Positions 13,602 through 26,202 of a stretch of DNA of 64,000 nt are shown piece after piece. Position numbers and translations under genes: made by a program. Each line of letters begins with the position of its first letter. The first letter of the stretch is position 1. Source of the DNA: Eledone cirrhosa. Taxonomy: Eukaryota. The notes under the pieces were generated by a model that did no database searches, was not told where the DNA came from, and worked only from the letters and a program-made list of their open reading frames with translations. The stretch covers positions 261,020,001-261,084,000 of the forward strand of contig OZ024740.1 in assembly GCA_964016885.1 (NCBI GenBank), read 5' to 3'.

Positions 13602-16600
13602 TAGAGCGCTTCGAGGAGATTGGAGAACAAGCCTGGCATATTTACGTAAAGCTCGTAGGGCAGACCATCCAAACCGGGTGACTTGCGCCTCATGCAGCCG
13701 ACAAGGGCATCCTGAATCTCGGCTGAAGTAATCGGCCTTTCGCAGTGCCCAGCGTCAGCCATCGAGAGTTGCGGCAAGCCATCGAGGTAGGGACTGAAGT
13801 CTGCCACCGCCTCTGACCCGCCACTTCCCCTGAACAACCTAGCAAAATGTTGGCGAAAGGCCTCACACATCCGCTTGGAATCGCTCAGCTCGTATCCATC
13901 TCGGTCTGTCAAAGACCGAATCGTGGTTTTATTACCACGCTGCGCCTCTGCCACGCGGGCCCATCCAACAGCTTTGGTTCCCTCATTTCTCAGAGCATGC
14001 GCCTTAGCTCTGACAATGCAGCTTTTGTGTTTTGCATTGAAGAAATGGTCTAATGCCATTCTCGCCGCTAGCACATCAGTTGCAATGCCACTACAAATAG
14101 CCTCGTCTAACTTATCTACCAACTCCCGTTCCTTTCTATTTTTCTCTAACGCTACTTCTTTGCTAAACTCTATCGACATTACCCTAATCTCTCTTTTGAG
14201 AGCCCCCCCCCCCATCTATTGTTGACGACTTCCCCTGTCAACTTTTTCTTAACTAAATGTTGACCTGCTCCCTGTAAGCCTTATGTGCTGGAAACAACAT
14301 GTTCAGCTTCCAGTAACCAGGTCCTAACCTACGCGTCTTATCTAGGTCGACCATACAGATCACAAACTTGTGATCTGAATAGGCGACCGTTTTAAAACGT
14401 GGACAGCTTACACTATTTCTGTCTATTTTCCTAATGAATATCCTGACTATATACGATCTAGATGACCCTATGCGGTTAGTCCAGGTCCACACTGGTGCAT
14501 TAGGGAAATCTAGTCGGTACCTGTCAGACAATTGGAACTGGCTGATCAGGTACCTGAGGCTTTTGCACCCCCCGCTCCTATCAGATATTCCCACACAGTC
14601 CCAGCGTGCGTCTAAGATGCCGTTCCAGTCCCCCGCTAACAGTAAACGGCGAGACGTATCCAGAAGGGCTTCCAGGCGTTTAAAGAAGTCCGGTCGTCCT
14701 GCCCCAGTAGATGGCCACCAGTCTAAAGGCACCACCTTCGTTATTGTTCATGTCCAGGACCACCAACTTCCCGTCCGGGTCCCGGAAGATCGACCTTACC
14801 TCGAGATTCAGGCCTTTCCTAAACAAGACTGCCTCCCCGCCTCCCATTCCCGGCCGACTAACAGATGCAAAGATCTGATAGTCCTCGAAAATGGTGGGTA
14901 GTGCGCACGTGTCAGAAATTCTGGTCTCGCTGACGGCAATTACATCTATTTCTATAGACCTGAGGTCGTTGAGCAGGTGACCCTGCTTCCAGGACGATCC
15001 CAGGCCTCGAACATTTAAACTTCCTACTCTTAATACGGCCATATTGGCAGGTTAAAAACAGAGAGAGGAAAGGTTTACTTACCTTCCGGGCTCTTGTGAA
15101 GGTCGGGTGGTTCGACCTCCATAGTTGGTGGGGTTTCTTTTGGGAACCCCTTTAAAAGTCTTGAAGTTGGTTTTACGCTTGGGGTTCCCACGTCCTGAGG
15201 AAAGCTGTCTCGTATTTCTTTGTATAATTCGAGTGACATTCGCACCAGAACCAAATCTTCCGGCGCGCGAAATCTGCTCGATTTAAAAATGTCCCCCTCT
15301 TTTTGTATATTTTCACTTCGTGCTACGAGGGCCATCAGTTCCTTGTTGGCCCTCCTGACGAGCACGAAGTTTTGTATGTTTTGTTGGTGTGATTTTATTT
15401 GTTTGCGTGGCTGTGGTGGGGATGGTTTTGGTGGTGTTGTTTCGGTTGTATCTGTGTTTGTTGTGAGTGCGGTGACTGTGGTTTCAGATGTTTGTGTGTA
15501 TATTTGTTCTTGCGTCTGTTTAGGTTGTTTGCGTTTGGGGGATTCTGGTGATGGTGGTGTTCATGTTGGTGTTATTGGGGAGATGTTTGCGTGGCTGGTG
15601 TCTGCATTTTTTATTGTGGGTGATTTTGTGCTTTGTTGAGTTTTATTTTTATTTTTGTGTTTCCTTTTTTGTATTTTGGGGGATTTTGGTTTTCCCTCAT
15701 CTTCACTACTGGTAAATGAGGGGTCTGTGTCTGTAAGTGTGTCTGTGTCTGTGTGTGTGTTTATGTTTTTATTGATGTGTGTATTTTTGGGGGGAGGGGG
15801 AATTTAACAACTTTCCTCATTTCCCCCCTGGGTGGTCAATGTTGGTGGTGGTCTTTCTATTGGTGTTGTTGTTGTTGGTGGTTTTGCCGGTGCTGGTGTT
15901 GGTTGTGGTCCTCGCCCCGGCGTCGGCAGCAGTGGAGCCTTTCGACCCCTTGCCTCTTTCAGCAGTTGAGGGCAGAAGGCTCACAAATGGATTTTTCCCC
16001 CACAAACAAAACAATGCGGCCTTTTGCCCTCGGTCATAATATGAATGACCGTCCCATTCTGAAGGCAGATGTGGTCCGGGATTGTCTTCACATTCTCGGA
16101 CCTGATCTGGAGAAGGATCTCCAGGTCAACCCCGGACCAGTCCTCTCTGGCCGTTCTTGTCACTTCTATAGGGACGGTATCCGTCCCCTCCACAATCACA
16201 TATCCCAGAAGCCACCACATGTCAAGTCCTGGTGGGATTCTGGGAATGCAGAGACGGGCCGTTCTTTTTCCCATGTGGGAGGGGTACATTATGACCTTGC
16301 TGGTTTTGCAAGGAGTCATAGCGTGTTTCATAGCGAGGGCTTCTGACTTGAACAACACCAAAATGGTGCCGTACTGTCTGCCCCTCTCTATGTATTCGGT
16401 GACATCTCTGATGCACCTTAGCGCAACTTCGACATCTTCTTGTGGAATTAAAGCTACCCTTTTTGTTTGTGCTGAGATGCATCTATAATGCACCATTCTG
16501 CGCTCCACTGCCTCACTAGCTTCTACCGGGACAGTTAAGTTGGCCCAGGTTTGCTCTTGCTTGATGAGGTTCCATGCCTGGGCCAACTTTTCATCTTTGT

Positions 16601-17214
16601 TTGAGAGGTCCATGTTGAAGCATGGCCTCTTTTTTAGCTGGTGCCGCAGCGAAAGTGTTCTTCTTGTTGTCGTTGGTGTTGTTGTTGTTGTTGTTCTTGT
16701 TGGTGTTGTTGTTATCACTGTCGCTGTTATCATTGTTGTCTTTGGTGCTTCCGTTGTTCTCAGTGCAATTGGTATTGTTGCTGTTGGTGTTGTCGCTATT
16801 TGTTTTCATGTATTTTCGTTGTCGCTGTTACTGTCATTTCTTTCAAAATTAGAGTTCTCAGTGTTGTTATCATTGCTGTCTTTGTTCACATTGTTTGTGG
16901 TGGTGTTTGTTGTATCAATTTCTGTTAATTTCGCCGTAGTGCTCCTCTCAACTTTTATGTCGTTGTAGCACGACAGCAGACATATCGCTGGGGGGTGTGG
17001 CTCAGCCATGTTTTTGTTTTTTTTGATAATTTTTTTTAAATGTAAAAGAGTTCAAATATTTGGGCCAAAAGGCCCAAATATTATTCTTCCCCTTCACAGG
17101 ACAAAGTCCAAGGACTTGTATGCCTTACACAACAACAAAAAATTAAATAAATAAGTTTTGACAGGTAAATAAATAAACATACAAGAGCGAGCAAAAAGAT
17201 GTCCGTTCAGACTC
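13594..17214 (-). mobile_element. L1/Tx1-clade LINE: 5' UTR, ORF1 (about 17009-15075, CCHC knuckle), ORF2 (from 15042; APE plus start of RT), 3'-truncated
   Basis: ORF1 CFVCGGKIHL*AFC; ORF2 SLNVRGL, SETR, GDWN, SDH, GPGYWKLN, KSPGLDGLPYELY; several frameshifts. Confidence 0.85.
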
Positions 17215-17248
<34 letters not shown>

Positions 17249-17258
17249 TTTTCCTTAC

Positions 17259-17312
17259 CAGCAGTACCTTCTCCATCATTTCCGTTATTTTTGTTATTGT
17301 GTGTGTTGCTAC
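17259..17312 (-). CDS. DD3-3-like protein exon 10 (phase 1/1)
   Basis: tttacag|GT...G|gtaag; GSNTHNNKNNGNDGEGTA. Confidence 0.87.
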
Positions 17313-17409
17313 CTGTAAACAGAAACGGGACAGTGTTAAACAGCCCTGAACAGGGATATTGTGTTAGTTGCTATCTGTAAATAGAAATTAAGGACAAAAT
17401 TAATTAAGA

Positions 17410-18180
17410 TGAGATGCCAGGTAAAGGTACCACAGATGCGCTCTGCCTTGTGAGACAACTGCAGATGAAATGCCTAGCTAAGAGTAAGCCCCTCTACTTA
17501 GTATTTGTTGACCTGGAAAAATATTTTGGCAATGTTCCCCACTTCACAATCTGGAGGGCTCTTAGGAAACTAGGGAGAGAGGAATGATTTTTTTAAGGGT
17601 GGTACACGCTATGTACAGAGGTGTGGCCATTAAGGTTAAAGTCAACAATGAATATAGTGACAAATTTAATGTGCAGGTGGAGGGTCCACCAGGGCTCTGT
17701 CTTCAGCCTCCACCTATTTATTATTGTCCTTCAGGCCATAACAGAGAAATTTAAAACTGGCTGCCCATGGGAAATCCTATATGCTGATAATCTAGCTCTC
17801 ATAGCTAAAACTGTGGCAGAATTAGAGAAGGAATTCAAAACATGGAAGCAAAACCTGGAATGTAAAGGCCTTGGAATCAACCAAGTAAAGACCAAAGTCC
17901 TAGTATGTGAAAAAGAAAACAGGGCCATGATTTCCTCAGGGAAATTGCCTTACTCAGTATGAAGAAAAGGAGTAGGTAGAAATTCCATCTCATGTGCAAA
18001 ATATAAGCAATGGGTACACAAAAGATGTAGTGGGATTGCAGATAGGTTAATAAAGAATATAGGCTTTGCTTGTAGCCAATGCACAGGTGCAGTAAGCAAC
18101 AATAGCCCATAGAGAATAAGCCCCATCAAATTCTCAGATGGCTGCATAGAAACAGTTGACAACTTCTGCAACATGGTGTT
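17410..18180 (+). mobile_element. RTE-clade LINE fragment (decayed)
   Basis: HQGSV.S..LFIIVLQAIT..FKTGCPWEILYAD motifs. Confidence 0.8.
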
Positions 18181-18678
18181 AGAAATGGCATCTAGCCATA
18201 GAAACTAAGCCAAAGTAAAAAATTAAAGCAGGACCTAGTCATCTGATCAGTCAGCCTCAGAACATGTCAACTGTCTTACCATTACAAGCATGGAAAATAG
18301 ATGTTAAATGTTGATGATAATATATATATATATATGTATATATATCAAAATTATGCATACAAACTAATCAAGGCGGAGAGATAGGAAATTAGTTGTGAGA
18401 ATTATAAGCCAGTAGTGAAGGGGACATTGTGCTCAATGCATATAAAATGCAAGACAAGAGAACAATGAAAGTAAGCGAGAGAAATATTGTCAAGCAAAAC
18501 GTGTATAGGCACAGCATTAATATAGAAATTAAATGTGGAACAACAGACATAAAATGATGATTATGATGATGATACATACAATAGCAAATTAGGAGAAAGG
18601 AAAAAATATATTTCAGCCTTGATCCCATGCCATAATATGCCACTGATGGGAGGGAGAGAAAAAGAGAGAGTAACTAAC

Positions 18679-18968
18679 CTGTCCATTGTATGTGTACAAG
18701 ATCCTTAGAGTTCATCGACAGCATGTTGGGTACAAAGTCATACTCGACAGCTGGGTACACTTGTACAATGTTGCCCCGTTTACCTCGGACATTCAAGTTG
18801 TGGATGTTCTCAGTGGTGATATTGGTGGGGCGTGGCATCAAGTGAAATACATGACTCCTATCCTGGAAGACCCGACCAAACTGGGCAGTGTTGATGGCTA
18901 GTTGAAGTGGTTGACCGGCAAATTGGACGATAGGGTCATTTTCAACTGGAGACCGTATTCCTTTCTTA
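18679..18968 (-). CDS. DD3-3-like protein exon 9 (phase 2/1)
   Basis: ttgtag|T...G|gttag; [21 protein letters not shown]...[24 protein letters not shown]...DLVHIQWT. Confidence 0.93.
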
Positions 18969-19572
18969 CTACAATGATAGTAACAACAAAGGGTCATTTA
19001 CAAAGAAGACAGTGGTGGTGGTAATGGTGGTGGGGATGGTAGTTATGATTATTATGATGATGGTGAAGGTGGGAGTTACAATGATTATGATGGTGGTGGT
19101 GGTGGTGGTGGAGCTGGTGGTTGTGGTGGAAGTGATGGTTATGAAGATGATAATGGTGGTTTTGAAAATGATGATAATGATAATATGGCTGTGTTTGGAG
19201 ACACTTGTTATTGTACCATGGATCAAGCCCAGTCCTACATGATTGTAAAGCACTCTCCCTGACCACATAGTCCTGCCTGCTCATTAGATATAATGACTAT
19301 ATACTGAAAGACTACGATTTTGAATACAAGCGGTTGAAATGCGGTTCCTTCTTTAAATCCATCAGCCAATGACCTCCACCCATGCCAATCACCACCCTCT
19401 CCTACCACCAGAAAATGTATAAATACCACTATGTCACAATCAGCTTTCCTGATGATTTCCTTCAAATGAAACAGTTCTACTTTTGTAGAAGCCATTTCTA
19501 TATTAAATATTTATACTCTGCTCTGCGGTTACCCCAGATTGAACCCGAGATACACATGTATATATATATATA

Positions 19573-19629
<57 letters not shown>

Positions 19630-19892
19630 ATATATATATATATATATATGTGGGGGCTTAAGCATTTTTTAATAAATATTGTTCTAGTGTTTCTAAAAGG
19701 TAAAACCAAAGAGCTCATCAGGGCAGTCCCAAGACATATCAATCTTGATAGGCCCTACATCCGCTGATAGGGCTCCCTGCTGATAGGGGCCAAGTGGGCA
19801 AATGCCCCAACTATCCCTGCAGTAAATCTGGCCCTGGATTCTGGAGAATGATTCTAGAATGAGATAGAGTTCTGAGTTAGTTTTCTACTTAC

Positions 19893-19955
19893 ACATCTTT
19901 GTTCTGGGCTGATGTTGTGTTGAAAGGATCATAATCATCAGTGGTGATGTTATAT
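19893..19955 (-). CDS. DD3-3-like protein exon 8 (phase 2/2)
   Basis: tttttcag|A...GT|gtaag; YNITTDDYDPFNTTSAQNKD. Confidence 0.87.
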
Positions 19956-20024
19956 CTGAAAAAGAAAACATGCCCTACATAATTACTTCCCTTGGTAGAC
20001 TAACATTTATTGGTAGGATATTGG

Positions 20025-21287
20025 GGTGATTGTTAGGGTGGTATGGTAGTTAATAGGGTGATTGTTAGGGTGGTATGGTAGTTAATAAGGTGATTGTTAG
20101 GGTGGTATGGTAGTTAATAGGGTGATTGTTAGGGTGGTATGGTAGTTAATAGGGTGATTGTTAGGGTGGTATGGTAGTTAATAGGGTGATTGTTAGGGTG
20201 GTATGGTAGTTAATAAGCTGATTGTTAGGGTGGTATGGTAGTTAATAAGGTGATTGTTAGGGTGGTATGGTAGTTAATAAGCTGATTGTTAGGGTAGTAT
20301 GGTAGTTAATAAGGTGATTGTTAGGGTGGTATGGTAGTTAATAGGGTGATTGTTAGGGTGGTATGGTAGTTAATAGGGTGATTGTTAGGGTGGTATGGTA
20401 GTTAATAAGGTGATTGTTAGGGTGGTATGGTAGTTAATAGGGTGATTGTTAGGGTGGTATGGTAGTTAATAGGGTGATTGTTAGGGTGGTATGGTAGTTA
20501 ATAGGGTGATTGTTAGGGTGGTATGGTAGTTAATAGGGTGATTGTTAGGGTGGTATGGTAGTTAATAAGGTGATTGTTAGGGTGGTATGGTAGTTAATAG
20601 GGTGATTGTTAGGGTGGTATGGTAGTTAATAGGGTGATTGTTAGGGTGGTATGGTAGTTAATAAGGTGATTGTTAGGGTGGTATGGTAGTTAATAGGGTG
20701 ATTGTTAGGGTGGTATGGTAGTTAATAGGGTGATTGTTAGGGTGGTATGGTAGTTAATAAGGTGATTGTTAGGGTGGTATGGTAGTTAATAAGGTGATTG
20801 TTAGGGTGGTATGGTAGTTAATAGGGTGATTGTTAGGGTGGTATGGTAGTTAATAGGGTTATTGTTAGGGTGGTATGGTAGTTAATAAGGTGATTGTTAG
20901 GGTGGTATGGTAGTTAATAAGGTGATTGTTAGGGTGGTATGGTAGTTAATAGGGTGATTGTTAGGGTGGTATGGTAGTTAATAGGGTGATTGTTAGGGTG
21001 GTATGGTAGTTAATAGGGTTATTGTTAGGGTGGTATGGTAGTTAATAAGGTGATTGTTAGGGTGGTATGGTAGTTAATAAGGTGATTGTTAGGGTGGTAT
21101 GGTAGTTAATAGGGTGATTGTTAGGGTGGTATGGTAGTTAATAGGGTGATTGTTAGGGTGGTATGGTAGTTAATAAGCTGATTGTTAGGGTGGTATGGTA
21201 GTTAATAAGGTGATTGTTAGGGTGGTATGGTAGTTAATAAGCTGATTGTTAGGGTGGTATGGTAGTTAATAAGGTGATTGTTAGGGT
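20025..21287. repeat. 32-bp G-rich minisatellite (about 39 copies), one TTAGGG per unit
   Basis: GGTGATTGTTAGGGTGGTATGGTAGTTAATA(G/A) with 32-bp period. Confidence 0.95.
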
Positions 21288-22051
21288 CGTGTTGTGATGG
21301 TTGTTAGGGTAGTGGTGTGTGAAGGTATTTTAGGGTAGTATACTGGTTGTTATGGTGGTGTAGCAGTTGTTAGAGTGGGCAGTAGTTGTTAGGTTGGTGT
21401 GGTAATTGTTAAGTTGATGTTGAAAGCATAAAATGTTTATTGGTGTTGTTGCTCTTACATTCTGTTTTAGTACTCAGTATATTCTGCTAAGTGGTCTGTG
21501 TTACAAAAGACATCCAGCTGTAGAAACTATGTCAAAATATGGAATATATAAGCAAGATGTGGTTCTTTGACCTATTTTGTCTTGGACTCATGGTAACATG
21601 GAAATCATCAGTATTGTTTAACATCCAATTTCCTTGCTAGCAACGGTAGGATGGGCCAGTACTAAAGCGGAGCTACTGACCTCCCACACAGGCCAGGGGT
21701 TCATAACTCGCTTACATACAATCGCATGTTCTACCAAGTGAGTGCTTTTTATCATGACACCAGCACTGGGAGGCTGTCATGTCTTTGTCACAACTGAAGG
21801 GTCTTCCCAACTCTTTGATTGGCAAATTTATATCCTGCCAATCACCAACCACTTTACAGAGTCTACTGGGTGTGTTTATCGTGTAGATCACCAAAAAGCA
21901 GATGTTGTTGTTGTTGATGGTGATGATGAGGATAATGATGATGATGATGATGGTGGTGATGATAGTGATGATGATGATGATGGAGTCGTTATGACCCCAA
22001 TTAGAACCCTTCAAGATGGTGCCCCAATATATAGAAAAGATATAAACAGAC

Positions 22052-22156
22052 CTGATTCTGTAGACACAACGCATTTCATTACCAGATGGGAAATGAGGAA
22101 TTTTCCAGTAGTAAGAATTAGATGTTCCTGATAAACCATTACCTAAATGGTTTGTT
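22052..22156 (-). CDS. DD3-3-like protein exon 7 (phase 2/2)
   Basis: accacag|A...AG|gtctg; TNHLGNGLSGTSNSYYWKIPHFPSGNEMRCVYRIR. Confidence 0.88.
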
Positions 22157-23149
22157 CTGTGGTGAAAACAAGAAAAATAGTTATATGGATTATATGAATT
22201 AAGGTTTGTTGAAATTTGGACATCTATTTCTGGTTGAGTGCTTAATTCGGTTTGTCTAAGGGAATTTCATTCCTTTGCCTCAAATTTCGAATTCACTGCC
22301 AAAACGGGTTTTACCTCCCTTGGAGAAAACCACGTGTCTATAGCAAAATTTACTGCTAGAACACACCCGCTGAGGCTATAGAACGCAATAAAGGAATTTT
22401 TCGAGAATGACCGGGGCAGGCCGCACTTGCTACATTTCTCCCCACCCAACCCTACTCACCGTCTCAACTCATTATTGCTATTAACACTTTTTCAACACAC
22501 CTACACCCATACACTTATTAAAAGGGGGAGAAAAAACCCCCCACCACACCACAGACATGTCAAATCCCTATATATAAAACAACACACCACATACACATCA
22601 GTTTGACAAGCGCACCTCAGCGTGAAAGGTCTTTCTAAAAACGAAACAATACCTCCTACGTTAACCAAGAACTCCTAAGACCTAACTTAATTTATAAAAT
22701 AATTTTTTTTAAGAAAAAAATTTTTTTTCAAATCCAGAAAAAAATTCTTTTTGGATTTTGTGAAGAAAATAAATTTGTTGAAAGCACAAGTGAAGCCATT
22801 TTTTCTTCCCCCCTGTCTTAATATATATACATAGATATACATTTTTCCTTTTCAGCTAGACCAACTGATTTTCTTATACACCAATGACAGATTCAACAGC
22901 TTTCCAAGAGATGGCAGCATGAGTAAACTTTATTTTTTTTTGCCACTGCTCATTCTCCTCTATTTTTCTATTTCTTCTTTAATTTCTCAATCTATTTTCT
23001 GATGAAGGTCTAGCGCCCAAAACATTAAGACTCTTTTCCTACTATATCAAGCATAAAACTAATATATTTCTTCTTCGTTGTATGGTATCATTTGGTTTAT
23101 TATTTCGGTTCACCTTTTGGACATGTATATATATATATATATTATAGTT

Positions 23150-25407
23150 GAGACAGTAAACAGAAAACAAAAAAACAATGTGGAAGAAAGAGGCAGTACA
23201 AATGTTAATATTAGTTTCACACTTGAGAGTGGTGGGGGGGGCGTTTTGGGCATAAGCCCTTCATCAGGAGAAAAGTGGGCAGGAAGAAACTTCCGAGGGT
23301 GTGGGGGAGTGGTAGAAAGACATTAAAAAGGGGGCGGGGTCTGGAGGCTGAGTGTGTGTATGTGAGGATACGCACGTGTGTGTGTTTATATGTGGTGTGG
23401 ATGTATGGTTGCATGGTGCGAAAATAGTGTAAGTGTTTGTGTGTGGGTCAAGGCAGAGTGAAGGGGGTGGGAGCAAGGTGACAGCAGGCAAAGTAGTGAG
23501 GAGGCTGACAGGTGTGGAATGTGTGTATGTGTGTGCTGAGGTGCAGTGGACAGGGGAGGGGTATGTGTGAAAGGTTGAGGGAGAGGGTGGTGGTGTGGGG
23601 GGGTGTATATTAGTGGAGGTGTTAGTGGGATGTGTGGGGGTGTTGGTAGTGTGTGTGTGGGGGGGGGGGGGGCAGTAGTAGGGAGTGTAATGTACTGGTG
23701 TGTGTGTGTGGTAGAGTAGGTGTTAGTATTACTGGTGGTGGAGGGAGGGGTTGAATGCTGGTGTGTGAGTGGGGGTTAGTGGTGGTAATGTGTGTGTGGT
23801 GTGGGTGGTGTATCAGTGTGTACGTAGGTGTGGGTGAGTGTATGTGTAATGGTGTGTGTTCGCGTGTGTGTGTGGGTAGTGAGGGGAAGGTGGGTTGGGG
23901 GATGTTAGTATTATGAGTGGTGGGGGTGGTCAGATGTGGATGTGCGGGTGGGGGTTAGTGGTGGTAGTAGGGTGTGTGAATAGTGCGAGTGCGTGTATAT
24001 ATGTACAGGTGGGTCTGTGCGTATTGAGGGTGTGGGTGCGCGTGTGATAGGGAGAGGGGTGGGGATGTTAGTATTATTAGTTGTGGGGTGGGCCAAGGGG
24101 GTGGGGGAGGGCTGGGAAAGGAGGGGACAGTGAAACTAGGGAGTGTGTTAGTGGTGTTAGTAGGGGATGTGTGTATGAGGTGGTAGGCGGAATGTCCAGG
24201 GGAACCAAAGTGGCGGGCGATAGGGGAACTCCCGCCGAGACGAATATCTCGGAGGTGCTCCGTGAACCGATCCACCAGGCGATGTCCAGTCTGTCCGACG
24301 TAGGTTGGAGGAGGTGCAGGGAAGGCATTGGGACCCTGGAAGGTGGTGGTGTTGGTGATGTGGCAGCGAGGTCTGGAGCAGGGAAGGGAACCGATGGGAA
24401 CGGGGGTTGGGGGTAGGGAGCTTCGGATGAGGAGGGAGCGGAGATTACGCGCGTGTTTGAAGGAGGGGAAGGGTGGGGATGAGAAGATGGGGGTGGAGGG
24501 GTCGGACCGGAGGCGGAGGAAGAAGCGGAGAATGGTGCAGTGGAGGAGTAGGGTGGAGAGGTGGTAGGTGAGGGGGAAACGGTGGCTGGGGTGCGGGGGC
24601 ATGGGGTGAGGGTGGTGGAGCGGTGGAAAGCACGGGCGCGAGTGAGGGTGGCGTGGACGAGGGGGGTAACCTCCCCGGATGAAATGGCTAAACCAGAGAC
24701 AGGGCCTGGGACTTGAAGTCAGCATGTCGGCTGCAGAGGCGGCGGATCCGGAGGAGTTGGGAGTAGGGAATGGAGTGTTTGGTGTGTGTAGGGTGGGAGG
24801 AGGTGAAGTCGAGGTAGGAGTGGGAGTCGGTGGGTTTGAAGAAGGCGGAGGTGACGTGGGAGCGGTGGGAGGGGTCGATGGCGACGGAGATGTCGAAGAA
24901 GTAGACGTGGGTGGTGGAGATAGAGGTGGTGAAGTGGAGGGAGGGGTGGAAGGAGCAGAAGAAGGAGAGAAAAGAGTCGAGCTGTTCTTGGGTGAGGGTC
25001 GTGGCTCCAATGCAGTCGTCGATGTACCGACCGTACAGTTTGGGCGTGGGGCCGGTGTTCTGGGCAAAGATTTGGGCTTCAACATGACCAACGAAAAGGT
25101 TGGCATTGTTTGGGCCCATTCTGTGCCCATGGCTACCCCAGTGACCTGTTGGTAAAACTCACCCGAGAAGGAGAAGCAATTAAAGGTGAGGACCAGTTCG
25201 GCGAGGGAGGGTGGTGGTAGAGGAGATGGGTGAGGGGCAAAGGTCGAGGTAGTGTCGGGGGGCGCGTAGGCTGTCGGCGTGGAGGATGACCGTGTAGAGG
25301 GACTTAATATCTAGAGTGAAGAGGAGGGGGTGTGGGCCGGGTGGGAAAGTGAGGGAGTCGAATAGGTGAAAGGCGTGGTTGGTGTCAGAGATGTGGGAGG
25401 GGAAGGC
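23150..25407 (-). mobile_element. Neptune-type Penelope-like element, 5'-truncated and frameshifted
   Basis: LFTLDIKSLYT, GVAMGT-MGPNNANLF, YGRYIDD, SSHP...SIPYSQLLRIRRLCS, PCSRPRC linker, GIY-YIG YVGQTGHRL.DRF.EH; decayed hammerhead CTGATGA-AGGGC..GCCC-(A)AAA at about 23240-23270. Confidence 0.85.
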
Positions 25408-26152
25408 AGTACAATTCGACAGTAACATCTCCGTATTAGAGAGCATGCTAACACCAACTCCTCTTCCTTCTGCAAACGCATCATCAAATGGGGAAACCGG
25501 GACAACATTACCACCACAATCTTAGCTATTGAATGCAGTATAGGCGTGCTGAGAATTAAGGAAGCCCTCTTAATCAAGCAATTAAAACCTAGGATCAATA
25601 ATCGAATGGAAAGAAGTGCACCAGGATGGTTAATTTAAAAGCCTGTATTCCAACATCCCAGTGGTCAGTTTCATTCTTTCTTTCAAATTAAATCTATGTC
25701 CTCACTAGGCAAACACACTTAGACTCACACACACACATATATCACACACATATTTTTCCCGTTTTATTATATACATATTCGCACGCATCTTTTCACTTCA
25801 TAAACTTATAAAATGCACACACATAAAAACATTCACACACACACACATGCATATATCATACATTTCACAACATGCACGTTCAAAATTTTAACATCTTTTC
25901 ATTTCATTTAACTTAAATCTGCTCTCCAAACAACCAAGTCAAACTGATTGATTTTTTAAAGTCTCTCATAGGGTTACTCCCTTGCTAATGGGTTTTTAAA
26001 CCAAAAAATATTTGGGATCATTAAATTTGCTAAGGTAATATTCTTTTGTTATCTTGTCAATTTAACGTTCTTCTTAATGCATTGTTTTGGTTTTCAAAAT
26101 TTAAATTTGTGTTTCCTATTCAACAATACTTCAAGAAAGCTACAAAACTCTG

Positions 26153-26160
<8 letters not shown>
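25405..26160 (+). mobile_element. 3' fragment of a second Penelope-like element (GIY-YIG C-terminus plus tail)
   Basis: GSTIRQ*HLRIREH...LRIKEALLIKQLKPRIN; ends at a (TA)n tract. Confidence 0.65.

Positions 26161-26202
<42 letters not shown>

Noticed and set aside
19719-19836. Possible hAT MITE with CAGGGC...GCCCTG ends
   Set aside because: Flanks give no matching 8-bp TSD
20025-21287. CRISPR array or true telomere
   Set aside because: No unique spacers, eukaryotic context, and TTAGGG is not tandem
22595-22645. TTGACAA-GCGC..GCGT-GAAA possible U3-A8 hammerhead
   Set aside because: Stem I does not pair convincingly; at best a decayed relic
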